Of a stretch of DNA of 64,000 nucleotides, positions 26,875 through 39,865 are shown piece by piece (the first letter of the stretch is position 1; every line of letters begins with the position of its first letter). Source of the stretch: Rhizaria sp. SCN 62-66 (lineage: Eukaryota); the NCBI GenBank assembly GCA_001724265.1, contig MEDY01000112.1:1-64000 (forward strand), written 5' to 3'. A program made the translations under genes and the position numbers. The notes under the pieces were generated by a model, which did no database searches, was not told the DNA's origin, and saw nothing but the letters and a program-made list of their open reading frames with translations.

Positions 26875-28644
26875 ATGCCTCGGCATACTTTTCGGTCTGA
26901 CGAAAGTGACGCCGAGGCTGACGACCTCGTTTTAATGCCAGGCCAGTCAGCCACCAGCTCCCTGCTGCACTCCTCGCACCCTTCGCGCGCCGGAGGCAAG
27001 TCTGGTTCCGTGCAGGGCCCTTCGGCGAGCCGCATGGGCATTATGGGTCTCTCGCAGGTCACCTCGCAGCGCTTCACGGCCCAGCGCGGCGGTCTCGCCA
27101 TCGCAGCCTGGGTGTGTCTCATCGTGCTCGTGTATCTGCTCGTCGGCTACCTGCGCTCCGCCGCGCCCGCCACGGGCGCAGACGCCGCGTCCTCGCGCTT
27201 CAGCATCCACCCCGTGATGCCCGGGCCCGCCACTCCCGTTCTTATTGATATTGCTGCCGCGTCCACAGAGACTGACGGCAATCTCGCAAATTCTCCTGGA
27301 CACGCTGGTGTTACGGGCCTGCCGACGACCCCGCTCGACCCCAAACTCTCGCTCTACGGCACCATGCAGTCGCTCATCTCCGCAACCACGCCTGCAGCAT
27401 CCACAGCCACTGCTGGAGCAACTGATTCTGCTGCCAGTGCGCCCGCAGTCCCTTCATCCGCGTTCTACTCCTCCCTCGTCGCCCGCAGCGGCGCCAACCC
27501 CCCCGCGCAGGGCCAGTCCCCCGCCGCCGCGGCCTCCGCGGCCTCTGCCGCCGCCCCCTCCGCCGCCGCCGCCGCGTCACTGTCACGCCCACTGTCGGCC
27601 GTGTCGGCGGCTTCGGCCCACGCGCGCGCGCTGTCGTCGGCTAAGACGCGTCTATGCAGCCGCTGGTGGGCGCCGCACCGCGACGCCGCGCTCACGCTGA
27701 TCCAGCAGACGCTAGGCGACGTCGTCAACCTCATCCTCGACCTCAACTTTGAGTTCACCTCGCAGCGCGCAGCCTACGTGGCGCAGCTCGAACACTGGCG
27801 CACAAGTCGCTTCGCGCGCCGTGCAGAGGCCCGCGCACGCAACCTCGACTGCCGCGCCGTCTGCGCGCCCTCGCGCGCGCCCTCGGTCGCCACCAAGCCG
27901 GCCGCCGCCAAGGCCTCCACTCCTGTTGTTGCAGAGGTGCAGACGCCGGAGGACCTGGCGCGCACCAACGCGTTCCGCCAGGCGCTGATCGAGTGCATTC
28001 TGTGTGAGACCGCGGCGATCGACCTCAACTCGCGTTGCGATGCCAAGGACATGGGCGCAGACTCGGGCGCGCCCGCGCAGGCCGCGCACCTGGAGGCCGC
28101 CTTTGAGGGCATGCTCGAGCCGCGCCACCTGGGTCCCCGCGGTAGCAAGGGTGGCCAGAGTACGGAGGCGGGGGCGGGGGGCAGCGAGCCGTTCTTCATC
28201 AACTCGCCGCTGGAGCAGACGTTCGGCACCTTTATGACGCTGCTGTCTACCTTTGCGTACGCGCCCGCGCAGCTGGAGGGCTTTTTCCCGCTGCCTTCGC
28301 ACCAGGTCGAGGTGTCGGTGCCCCGCGCACGCGCCTACACGCGCTGGCTCGCGCAGCGCCAGCATGACGCCTTCGCTAACGTCACGCTATCCAGCAACAC
28401 TCTTTACAGTAATATGAACGGTAACGGCGCGCACGGCAAGGGCCGGGGCGCGGCCGCGAAGCCGTCGTTCGCTGAGGTGCCTGTGGTGGAGACCCTCGCC
28501 AACGGCGGGCTCGGCGGCGGCATGGGTGTGCAGTTGCTCTGCAGGCCTGCACCCGACGCCGCTCCCGTCGTCATCCTCTCCGCGGGCGGCGGCGGCGGCC
28601 GCGGCTTCGGCCTCAGCCTCGACACCGAGCTCGATCTCGCCGCG

Positions 28645-28675
<31 letters not shown>

Positions 28676-30270
28676 GCGCCAACGCCGACGCGGACGCCGC
28701 CGAGGCTGACGGCAACGGCAATGGCAAGAAGCAGCGGCAGCGTAAGCGTCTGTCACACGAGGTCAGTGCGGCGCGCGGCGCCATCAGGCAGGGTTCGCTG
28801 CACTCGCTGCCGTTCCGCGCGACGCGCCAGGCGACCTTCTCGGCCGGCTCCGGCGGCGGCCTCCAGCTCAACGCACGCCCCTTCGCCCGCAAACGCGCTG
28901 ACGGCGACAGCAACAGCAACGGTGACAGCGAGACGAACCCCGAGCTGCAGGCGTGGCTGGAGCCCTCGGTGGACGTCTCGGGCGCCGCGGACTGGGACCT
29001 TATCGCGGGCGGCGGCGGCGGCGGCAGCGTGAGCATCGCCGACGACCAGTTCACCGAGGCGCACGGCTCGCAGCCCGACCAGGACACGCACCTGCCGTTT
29101 CTGTACCCCGCCGCCGATGCTGACGCGCCGGTAGGGACTACGGGCGGCGGCGCCAAGCGGGCCGGTGTGGTGCGCTTGCGCAAGCGGCTTTACGGCGCGC
29201 TGCGCGACTGCCTGCTGCACGGGCCCGACGCCGAGCTCGTCATCTCGGGCGGCGGCGGCGCGGGCAGCGGCGCCCAGCTATCCGCGCTCGTCATCGACCC
29301 CACGCAGAGCAACGCCACTGACAGCGCTAGTGGCGTCGGTGCCAGTTCGAGTGCGAGCGCTAGTGCGGCCAAGTCGCGCCAGCTAGCGTCGGCGTACTTC
29401 GGCGCCGAGCTGGGCTTCGGCTTCTCGCTGCCCGTGCCGCACGCGTGGTTCACCGCCCACCCCGTGCGCTCTGTCCGCGCCGCTTCTGTCCACAACGCAG
29501 ACAGCAGCAAGAGCGGCTCCGGCTCCGGCTCCGGCTCCGGCTCTAGCGCGAGTGCGAGCGCGCAATCCAAGAGCGCGCCGAGCGTCGAGGACGAGCTGCT
29601 GGCCGCGATGACCGCGACTCCCAGCCGCGGCGGCGCGCTGCCGGCGAACCCGACGACGGGCGCGCTGTCCCGGCTGGCGCTCTCGCGGTTCACGCCGATG
29701 ACCGAGGACCCGTACGCGCTCTCGGCCGTCGCGTCGGTCTGCGTCGCCTCCTGCGTCGCCACCGCCACGGCCGCCACCGCCTCGTCCGGCGCCACCAGCA
29801 ACGGGAGTGCGGGCCTTGCGGGGAGCGGTGTGGCCTCTGAGAGCGCGCCGACGGTGGGCTCGGAGCTCCCGGACGTGATGTCGACGGGCACGGAGCACAC
29901 CAAGCCGCTCTTCTACGCGCACTGCGTGTGTCCCTGTCTGCAGCGCCACCTCAAGGCCAAGCCGTGGGCCGGCTACCTGGCCTGCCGCGACATGGCGCTA
30001 GGCACCTTCGACCGCGCGACCTCGGGCCATGTCGACTCCGTGCCCGACAATGACGTCGCGCGCGCAGAGCGGGCGCTGGCCGCCGCGGCCACCGGCGCCT
30101 CGGAGGCCGCGCTCGCGGCAGCGGCGGGGCAGGTCTACGGCGCGGACGGCGCCAACGCGGGCCGCATCCGCAACCAGGCGTGGGCGGCCGAACGGCAGGG
30201 CGCCTGGGGGCCGCTTGAAGCCACCAGCAACGGACAGGCGCCCACGACCGGTTATGACACGCACGTTTGA
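26875..30270 (+). CDS. Uncharacterised single-pass (probably type II) membrane protein with repeated Gly-rich motifs and Cys pairs, 1131 aa
   Basis: Long ORF with GC3 bias, ATG to TGA. One hydrophobic segment (GLAIAAWVCLIVLVYLLVGYL); motifs GGLGGGMG, GGGGGRGFG, GSGGGLQ, GGGGGGS, GGGGAGSG. Confidence 0.85.
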
Positions 30271-30724
30271 GCACGCTTGTACATAAATGGAGGGACGGGT
30301 GATCTTAAAGGTTGTAGAGGACGTGTAGTTCAGTTCTGGCCATGCGCTGTATGAGGCCAGAGAGTTGATATAATAGTTTCCACTTTGTACGTAGAATACA
30401 TATAAGAATTAACCTATTCTGTTACACAACACATATCTTTATTTCAGCTTGAAACTATAATTTTCTTGAGATATACCGTAAAATCAGGACTACTTCGCGA
30501 GCATGCGAGGCGCCGCCAAACAATCTTTTGGCTTTCATTTTGACATTGTATGGTGTGTAATGCCTGTCAATCATGTTGAAACGCCCCTAGTCGAAGAGAG
30601 TCCCGAGTTTTATGTTTGTTCACATTATTATATGCTGTTTTGTGTTGACTGTATCTCACTGTTGTGACTGAACGTAACTTTGTTTACTCTGTCGGTTGGG
30701 CATTGAGCACCTAGACAGTTTGAC

Positions 30725-32575
30725 ATGGCGTCTCCTTTGTCCCTTGCGTCCCGCCTCAAGGTGGGTCGTATGGACCTTGCCCACCGTCTTGTACTTCCAC
30801 CGCTGACCCGCTACCGCGCGACTGCGGAAACGCTGGCCCCGAACGACATGATGATCGAGTACTACAAGCAGCGCACCACCAAAGGAGGCCTCCTTATCTC
30901 CGAGGTACGAAAAATCATCAGCAAATCAGAGCCTAAGACGTCAAATGCCACGCTAAGAGATAAAAGATGCGAGTATAACGTTATTCCATCAATTCATATT
31001 GATTGGCTCTAATCTGCTTGTGATTAACATTCCTATTTTAACCATACCGTTTCTGCTCGCGAACACTCTATACCCCAGGCGACCGCCATTTCGCCCGAAA
31101 CCATTGGCGCGAACAACGCCCCGGGCATCTGGACGCCCGCGCAGGTTGCCGGGTGGAAGCAGGTGACCTCCGCGATCCACGCTAAGGGCGGCTACATGTT
31201 CTGCCAGCTCTGGCACGTCGGCCGCGGCGCGCACGACTCGTTCAATGCGCACCACCTCGTCCGGGGCTCCGGATATCAAGTCAACCGCTCGGCGTCCGAC
31301 GTCCCGCAGGAGGGCACGACGCACATGACGCTCGACGGGACGGCGCTGGCGCACGTGAAGCCCGTGCCGCTGACGCTGGACGAGATCGCCCGGCTCCGCG
31401 AGGACTACACCAAGGCGGTACGTGACAATGATGATATCTTGATTGCCAGAGTGACTCGTGTCAAAATTCATGTCTAGTATATGAAACTATATTTTTCGAT
31501 AATGATAGTATTCTTCAGTTTGGTCATTTTCTGCTCACATTTATAATGCCATTTATGTCTTGTGTCAACCTCACCCGTGACTGGTTTGTGACTCTTGCTT
31601 CCCGTTCGCTAGGCCAAGAACGCGATCGAGGCCGGGTTCGACGGCGTAGAGCTGCACAGCGCCAACGCCTACCTTCTTGACCAGTTCCTCAACTCGGAAA
31701 CGAACCACCGCACGGACCGCTATGGCGGCTCGGTCGCCAACCGCACGCGTCTGCTCGATGAGGTGCTCGGCGACCTGTGTAGTGCGGTGGGCCGCGACCG
31801 CGTCGCCGTGCGCCTGTCGCCTCATCGGAACGCGCCGCCGATGTTCTTCGGGCTTACGGACGCGGACCCCGTGGTGACGTACCGCGCTGCGTTCGCCACG
31901 GCCGCGCGGCACAAGCTCGCCTACACTCACGTCAGCGAGTCGAGCTACGACCCGACCGTGCCGGGCGCTGCCGAGGCGGAGATGCAGTTCCCCCGCGCTG
32001 CCGCCGACCTTTTCCACGCCTCCTACGTCACCGATCCCACCGACAGCTCTACTAACGCCGACAATAGTGCTGTGAAGAGGGCCAGCCCCGTCATCGGCGC
32101 AGGCGGCTATACCCCCGTCTCGGCGGCGCGCGCGGTCGAGACGGGCGTGTACGACCTGGTCGCTATGGGCCGCTTCTTCATCAGCAACCCGGACCTGCCG
32201 CACCGCGTGCTCAACGGGCTCCCACTGACCGACTACGACCGCCACCAGTTCTACACCCCTGCCGCCGCCGAGGGGTACATCGACTACCCGACCTTTGCGC
32301 AAGTGTGCGCCGCGCTGGGCGCGCGCGAGGAGGACTACCTGCCCGCCAAGCGCGGCGCGGCGGCGGCGGCGCGGGCCGCGGGCGGCGGCGCGGTCGCGGT
32401 CGCGGCGGCCGAGGCCGAGGAGCGGCAGGAGCGCGCCGCGCTCGACGCCAAGATCGACGCGCTCGTCGCGCGCCACGCGCAGAGCGGGGCCAAGTACCCG
32501 CTCGTGTCAAGCAAGAGCATCGGCGTTAGCACTTCGTCTGCAGCCCGCAAAAAGACCGCTGCCGCGGCGATGTAA
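30725..32575 (+). CDS. Old Yellow Enzyme family NADH:flavin oxidoreductase (alkene reductase), 3 exons, 493 aa
   Basis: Exons 30725-30904, 31079-31417, 31613-32575; GTACG..AG introns 30905-31078 and 31418-31612. Motifs HRLVLPPLTRYRA, GGLLISE|ATAIS, PGIW, FCQLWHVGR, AGFDGVELHSANAYLLDQF, NHRTDRYGGSVANR, GRFFISNPDL, FYT..EGYIDYP. Ends TAA. Confidence 0.96.
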
Positions 32576-33053
32576 CGTGATATGTCTCAGGTTGACTGGT
32601 TACCGTTTCAAGCAATCAGAACAAGCGTGAAGACTTTTTTTCAATCAATGCTACGTATTTTTCTTATCATTTCGCCCAAAGTGCACCAACACCACGATTA
32701 ATTGTTAATCAAATTATCATAGATCCGCTATAGTCCTTTTTCTATTTCTTATTAATACACGTGAACCAAATTGTCGTCGATGGGCAGCAACGTTGAATTT
32801 GAGATTGGGTTTATTGATTGTTTTAAAGCTTCACACACTTTTAGATAAAGACGTGTGCAAAACATACTATTATTATTAGAATATATAGAAATACGAAGCA
32901 TACTATTTGTTGTTTTGTTGCGTTTTTGCAAAATAAGCATAAGCTATTTTCCTTTAAATACTACGGATGAGCCCAGTGTGCAGCAGCAACAACAACAGCA
33001 ACAACAGACCGGTACTGCTGCAGCAGCTGCTGCTGGTATTGCAGTTGCGAGGC

Positions 33054-34616
33054 TTAGTTGCGGCGGAGCTTCTCGGCGTCGTCGAGCGCGCGCTGGCGGG
33101 CGACTTCGATGCCGACGGTGTTGCGCGCGAGCTGGTAGAGCTCCAGGTCGCCGACGATGCGCTCCATGGGCGCCTCGGCGTTGACGTAGCGCTCCGCGGC
33201 CGCGATCTCGGGCGAGTCGGCGCGCACGGCGTCCTTGGTGTGCTGCGACGTGTGCAGCGGGTTGAAGGCGTCGTCGACAATCTGCTCCAACGTCGCGGGC
33301 GCGTGCGTGTCGTCCATGGCCGAGGCGACGTTGATGGCGTCGCTCGTGAAGTGCGTCTTGTACGCTTTGTCCACCTGGCTCGCGTGCACCTTCTGGAACT
33401 CCTCGCCGATCGCAAAGCCGGGCGTGGAGTAGGAGATAAGCTTGAACGACTCGCCGTACTCGCGCATCGGCTCCGCGTGCACGGGCGCCAGACGCTTGTG
33501 AATGTACCCGTTGGGCTTGCCGAGGATCTCCTTCAGCGTCGAGCCCACGGCCTCGAGCGTGCGCTCAAAGCCCTGCGGCGCGTTGACGAGCGTGATGCCC
33601 GTGGCCTCCCACGCCGGGTTCGGCCGCTGCTGCATCAGCGTCACGGGCGGCATGTCGATCATCTCCTCGCTGATGATCCCCATGCCGGAGCCTTCACGCT
33701 GGCCGAACGAGCCCGAGGCGGCAAAGCGGCGCTGCTGCGCCTCGACCTCGGCCTCGAACGTCAGCTGCGAGGCCGCCAGGTCGACGGCGGCGCGCTCCAC
33801 GGCCGCGTCGTCCGAGTAGTGGACGCAGTTCCAAATGTTGTTGAGGCCGGCGTGCGTGAGGGCGTCGAAGAGCTGCCACGGCAGCTTGCCGCCCGGCGCG
33901 GGGTAGCACACGCCGATCACCGCCTGCGGCTGCGTCTTGAGCGTCTCCAGGATCAGGTTGCGCGTGCGCAGCTGCTCAGAGTATGTCGGCACGTGGCCCA
34001 GGTCGAACCACAGCAGACCGCGGCCGCGCAACGGGAAGAGCTTCTTGGTGTAGTCCTGGTCGAGCGGGTACTCGCCGCGCAGCTGCACGCGCCGGTCCGT
34101 GCCCACAAGCTCGGCGAGCGTGGCGTTGGACACGGCGTTGTCGTCGTGGATGATTGCGCGGTCCATGGGGCCCATGTGCGAGTAGGCGATGGCGTTCTCG
34201 GACGGCAGGAAGAGGGTCTTAGGGAAGCCGTCCTCGTCCTCGGCCACGTTGTGGTTCGCCGCCTCGAACTGGCGCAAGTACGGCTTGAGCGAGTCGATGT
34301 CCTGTGGGATGCGGCGCATGCCGGCGGGGAGACGCAGCCAGCGGTGGAGAAGCACGGCGTCGCGGTTGATCTGGGAGATCTTGATCTGGGAGCCCGCGCC
34401 GCCGCCGAGCACGTTGACGAACGTCGTCGCCGCGGGGTCCTCCTTCTTGATCTCGGACAGCAGCGCCGACAGGACGGCGCCCTTATAAAGGGAGCCGAAG
34501 GTGCCGGTGTGGCGCGCCGACTTGAGGCTCTGGGACAGGGCCGCGGGCTTGGCGGCAGGCGCAGCGTTGCGGAGAGCCGTCGCGACCTGCGAGGCCTTCT
34601 TGACACTACTCAGCAT
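33054..34616 (-). CDS. Probably mitochondrial protein of unknown function, 520 aa; possible degenerate Dam/D12-type methyltransferase fold
   Basis: ATG to TAA with very strong GC3 bias. N-terminus MLSSVKKASQVATALRNAAPAAKPAALSQSLKSARH is basic and acid-free like a presequence. The fold call is speculative (see findings). Confidence 0.85.
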   Translation of the reverse strand: MLSSVKKASQVATALRNAAPAAKPAALSQSLKSARHTGTFGSLYKGAVLSALLSEIKKEDPAATTFVNVLGGGAGSQIKISQINRDAVLLHRWLRLPAGMRRIPQDIDSLKPYLRQFEAANHNVAEDEDGFPKTLFLPSENAIAYSHMGPMDRAIIHDDNAVSNATLAELVGTDRRVQLRGEYPLDQDYTKKLFPLRGRGLLWFDLGHVPTYSEQLRTRNLILETLKTQPQAVIGVCYPAPGGKLPWQLFDALTHAGLNNIWNCVHYSDDAAVERAAVDLAASQLTFEAEVEAQQRRFAASGSFGQREGSGMGIISEEMIDMPPVTLMQQRPNPAWEATGITLVNAPQGFERTLEAVGSTLKEILGKPNGYIHKRLAPVHAEPMREYGESFKLISYSTPGFAIGEEFQKVHASQVDKAYKTHFTSDAINVASAMDDTHAPATLEQIVDDAFNPLHTSQHTKDAVRADSPEIAAAERYVNAEAPMERIVGDLELYQLARNTVGIEVARQRALDDAEKLRRN

Positions 34617-35390
34617 GGCTGTGGGAGTAGCGAGGAGGTCAGAGTGGGGGACGAGCTGGGTGGGTTCCTGCGCAAGGCGTTAAAAGCTGTGTGACAGCAT
34701 AGAAGCGGCGTGAGGGGAGAAGGCGAGGCAAAGAGTGAGTGTGAGTGTGTGGGGCTTGGGTTAGGGGGCAATGAGCGCAGCGTGTTCGAGGGGGATATAG
34801 GTCATAGTAGCCAAGGGACGAATACCATAGGTGTTCATATGCGTCAGATGTCCAGGCAAAGTGTCGGCGTCGCTAAACAACGGTGTCTGCACTCGGACTG
34901 GCGGGTGCGGCGAGGGGTGCAGCTCACCCAGCCCAGCAGCCGTCAGACGGCTCAGTGAGCCCACCTAGAGCAGTCCGTAGCGAGGGATACCGACTCGATA
35001 TACCGCACGAAATAGTGGCAGCGCATAAAACGTACCTTGTTCGGAGGACTAAAAAAGCTTCGGGGTCCGCAAAGAAAACAAAAGCGTCGCAAACCGCTCT
35101 GCAAGATCTCACACCGGTCCCACACACAGCCCGAATAAAAGCAAGCCGCCTGCCCAGCCGAGACCGTGGGCTCGCCCGTTGGACTCAACTTTCGACTCTA
35201 CTCTCGTGGCTGACTGAGAGTGAATAGCAAAGTTTGAATTGCGAGATCTGAGCTCCGTCTGATACGGATTAATAGCGATTTCTACGTATTATACCAGTTT
35301 TTAATTTTATATTGTTTTTCACTGACCTTCTCTCTTTTGTTTCGCCCTCTTTCTGCCTTATGTCCCGAACCCACTTCCCCGCAGAGCGTC

Positions 35391-37951
<2,561 letters not shown>

Positions 37952-38310
37952 GGTGTAAGCGAAGAAGCGCAGTTGTGCGCGATTGAAGTACATAGACTCA
38001 TATTTACAATATAAAGTATATATTTGATAACCAAGCAATAATTTGCAAAGTATTACATTACTAGTATAAATACTGCCAAAAAATGTTGCTATACACGCGT
38101 TCTGTATTGGTTTGCTTTGCTATTGTACATGACGCTAATTGGCCCCATCAGAGCCCGCTACTGAGCCATACACACACCGCATTGCATTGTTGATGCCTTG
38201 CACTGTGTTGAGCTCAACTCATCTCAAAGCGAAGCCGCATCTTTCCCCACTCCCTCATCCGTTATCCGTCCACAACGTCCACAGTGTTTCCCCGTGCTTA
38301 TCGTGGTGTC

Positions 38311-39387
38311 TCACGCGTCCCGGAGGCCCGCGGCGGCGGCGGCCGCGGCGGCGGCCTCGTCCTCGGCCTCGAAGCGCGCCCGCAGCCGCGCCACCAGATC
38401 GTCGTTGGTGCGCCCACGCGGCCGCCGCTGCTGCTCCCGCACCGCCGCCGCCTCCGCCTCCGCCGCAGAGGCGTCACTGTGGCCGCTGTGGCTGTCGCTG
38501 TCAGCGAAGGCAGAAAAGACGGAATGTGCGTCGACGGAGGCGTCCATCTCGACAAACACGTCGCCGTTGTCGCTGTCCCCAACGCCAAACAGGTCGTGAC
38601 TCTCGCTCTCGCTGTCGCCGTCAGTCGCGCTGGCGCTGGCGCTGGCGCTGGCGCTGGCGCTGCTGCGGGCCATGCTGAGAGGGGCTGCGGCGAGCTCGGC
38701 CTCGGCGGCGGCGACCAGGGCGGCCTCTTCGACGCTTAAGCCGAAGTCGGGGTCAGACAGCGCGCGCGCAACGCCCTCGACCGCGGCGGCCGCGGCGGCG
38801 GCGTCGAAGCCAGCACCGGCAGGCTGGTCGGGGCTGCTGTCATCCTCATCGTCGAAGTCGTAGCCGTAGACGCCGCGGCCGCGCAGCAGCAGGTGTTGCA
38901 GCAGCTGCCCCGCACGCGCGCTGGCGTCAGCGCCGTCGCCATCCTCCGCATCCCCGGCGGCGGCGGCCTGCTGCGAGGGCGTGATGGCCTCGTCGACCTG
39001 TGCGAAGGACGAGGCGGGGAACGAGGGGATGTTCCACGACTTGGTCGCGGGCGCGCCCTCGGCCGCGGTGCCGCACACGCACTGCGCCTGCGAGGGCGTG
39101 CGGCCGTAGCGCGCAAGGTTCACGCTCACGAGCAGGTCCCAGACCGTCACGCCGGCGCCCGCGGCGTTGCGCCCGCCGTCGGTCGACGCGGCGGCCAGCT
39201 TGGCGTTGGTGGCCAGTAGCTCAGCCTTGCGCTGGGCGCTGGCCGCGGGCGTCGTCATCGCCGGGTCCGGCGCGGCCGGCTTGCCCGAGGAGGTCTCCAC
39301 CAGCACGGGGGAGGAGTCAGCCGAAGCCAGCGACACCAGGGCGAGGAGCACGGCAAGCGCGGTCGCGATCACCAGGCGGAGACGCAT
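38311..39387 (-). CDS. Secreted acidic Ala-rich protein of unknown function, 358 aa
   Basis: ATG at 39387 begins a signal peptide (MRLRLVIATALAVLLALVSLASA) and follows a pyrimidine tract ending in CAG. GC3 bias. Ends TGA. Confidence 0.82.
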   Translation of the reverse strand: MRLRLVIATALAVLLALVSLASADSSPVLVETSSGKPAAPDPAMTTPAASAQRKAELLATNAKLAAASTDGGRNAAGAGVTVWDLLVSVNLARYGRTPSQAQCVCGTAAEGAPATKSWNIPSFPASSFAQVDEAITPSQQAAAAGDAEDGDGADASARAGQLLQHLLLRGRGVYGYDFDDEDDSSPDQPAGAGFDAAAAAAAVEGVARALSDPDFGLSVEEAALVAAAEAELAAAPLSMARSSASASASASASATDGDSESESHDLFGVGDSDNGDVFVEMDASVDAHSVFSAFADSDSHSGHSDASAAEAEAAAVREQQRRPRGRTNDDLVARLRARFEAEDEAAAAAAAAAGLRDA

Positions 39388-39865
39388 GTCTCCTTCTCCT
39401 GAGGGGGAGCAGAGGCGGAAGGGTGGGAGGGCGGTGAGATTAGACACAGAAGATCGGGACTTGGAGAAATACAAAAGAAATTATATATACAAGCGCTCAG
39501 ATTATTTTAAAGCATCGCAGCGAATTAAGCTTTTGACGAACACATAGTGAGTTGTTCGAATCCCCGTTATGCCCTTGTCCCCTTGCTTTCAGAGCCAGCG
39601 ACTGGCTGGCAGCGGCCGACCCCCCACCAAGCGACCAGGCAGCATGGCAGCCGGCCTTCGAGAGCCTGCGGACATGAGCTGCAGCGAGCCCAAGTCTCCG
39701 ACGATACGCATATCGCTTGCTTTCCCGTGCTTCCTAATGTTGTTGTTGCTATTTCCTTTAATTCTTTATCGTCATGTTCTCACCTTCCCCTCCTACTCCA
39801 CCCATTTCCCCACCCGCTGCACACAGCCTTCCCCGACACTCCCCCGCCACACAAACGCCCCCGCG

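Noticed and set aside
39500-39580. GTTCGAATCCC T-loop/B-box-like motif, possible tRNA (e.g. a suppressor)
   Set aside because: Flanks do not form a T-stem or acceptor stem; no cloverleaf. No tRNA gene was recognised in the window.
39388-39865. Upstream ORF extensions (39569 start for the GTPase, 39474 start for the secreted protein)
   Set aside because: They run through pyrimidine-rich non-coding-like sequence; targeting peptides begin at 39866 and 39387.
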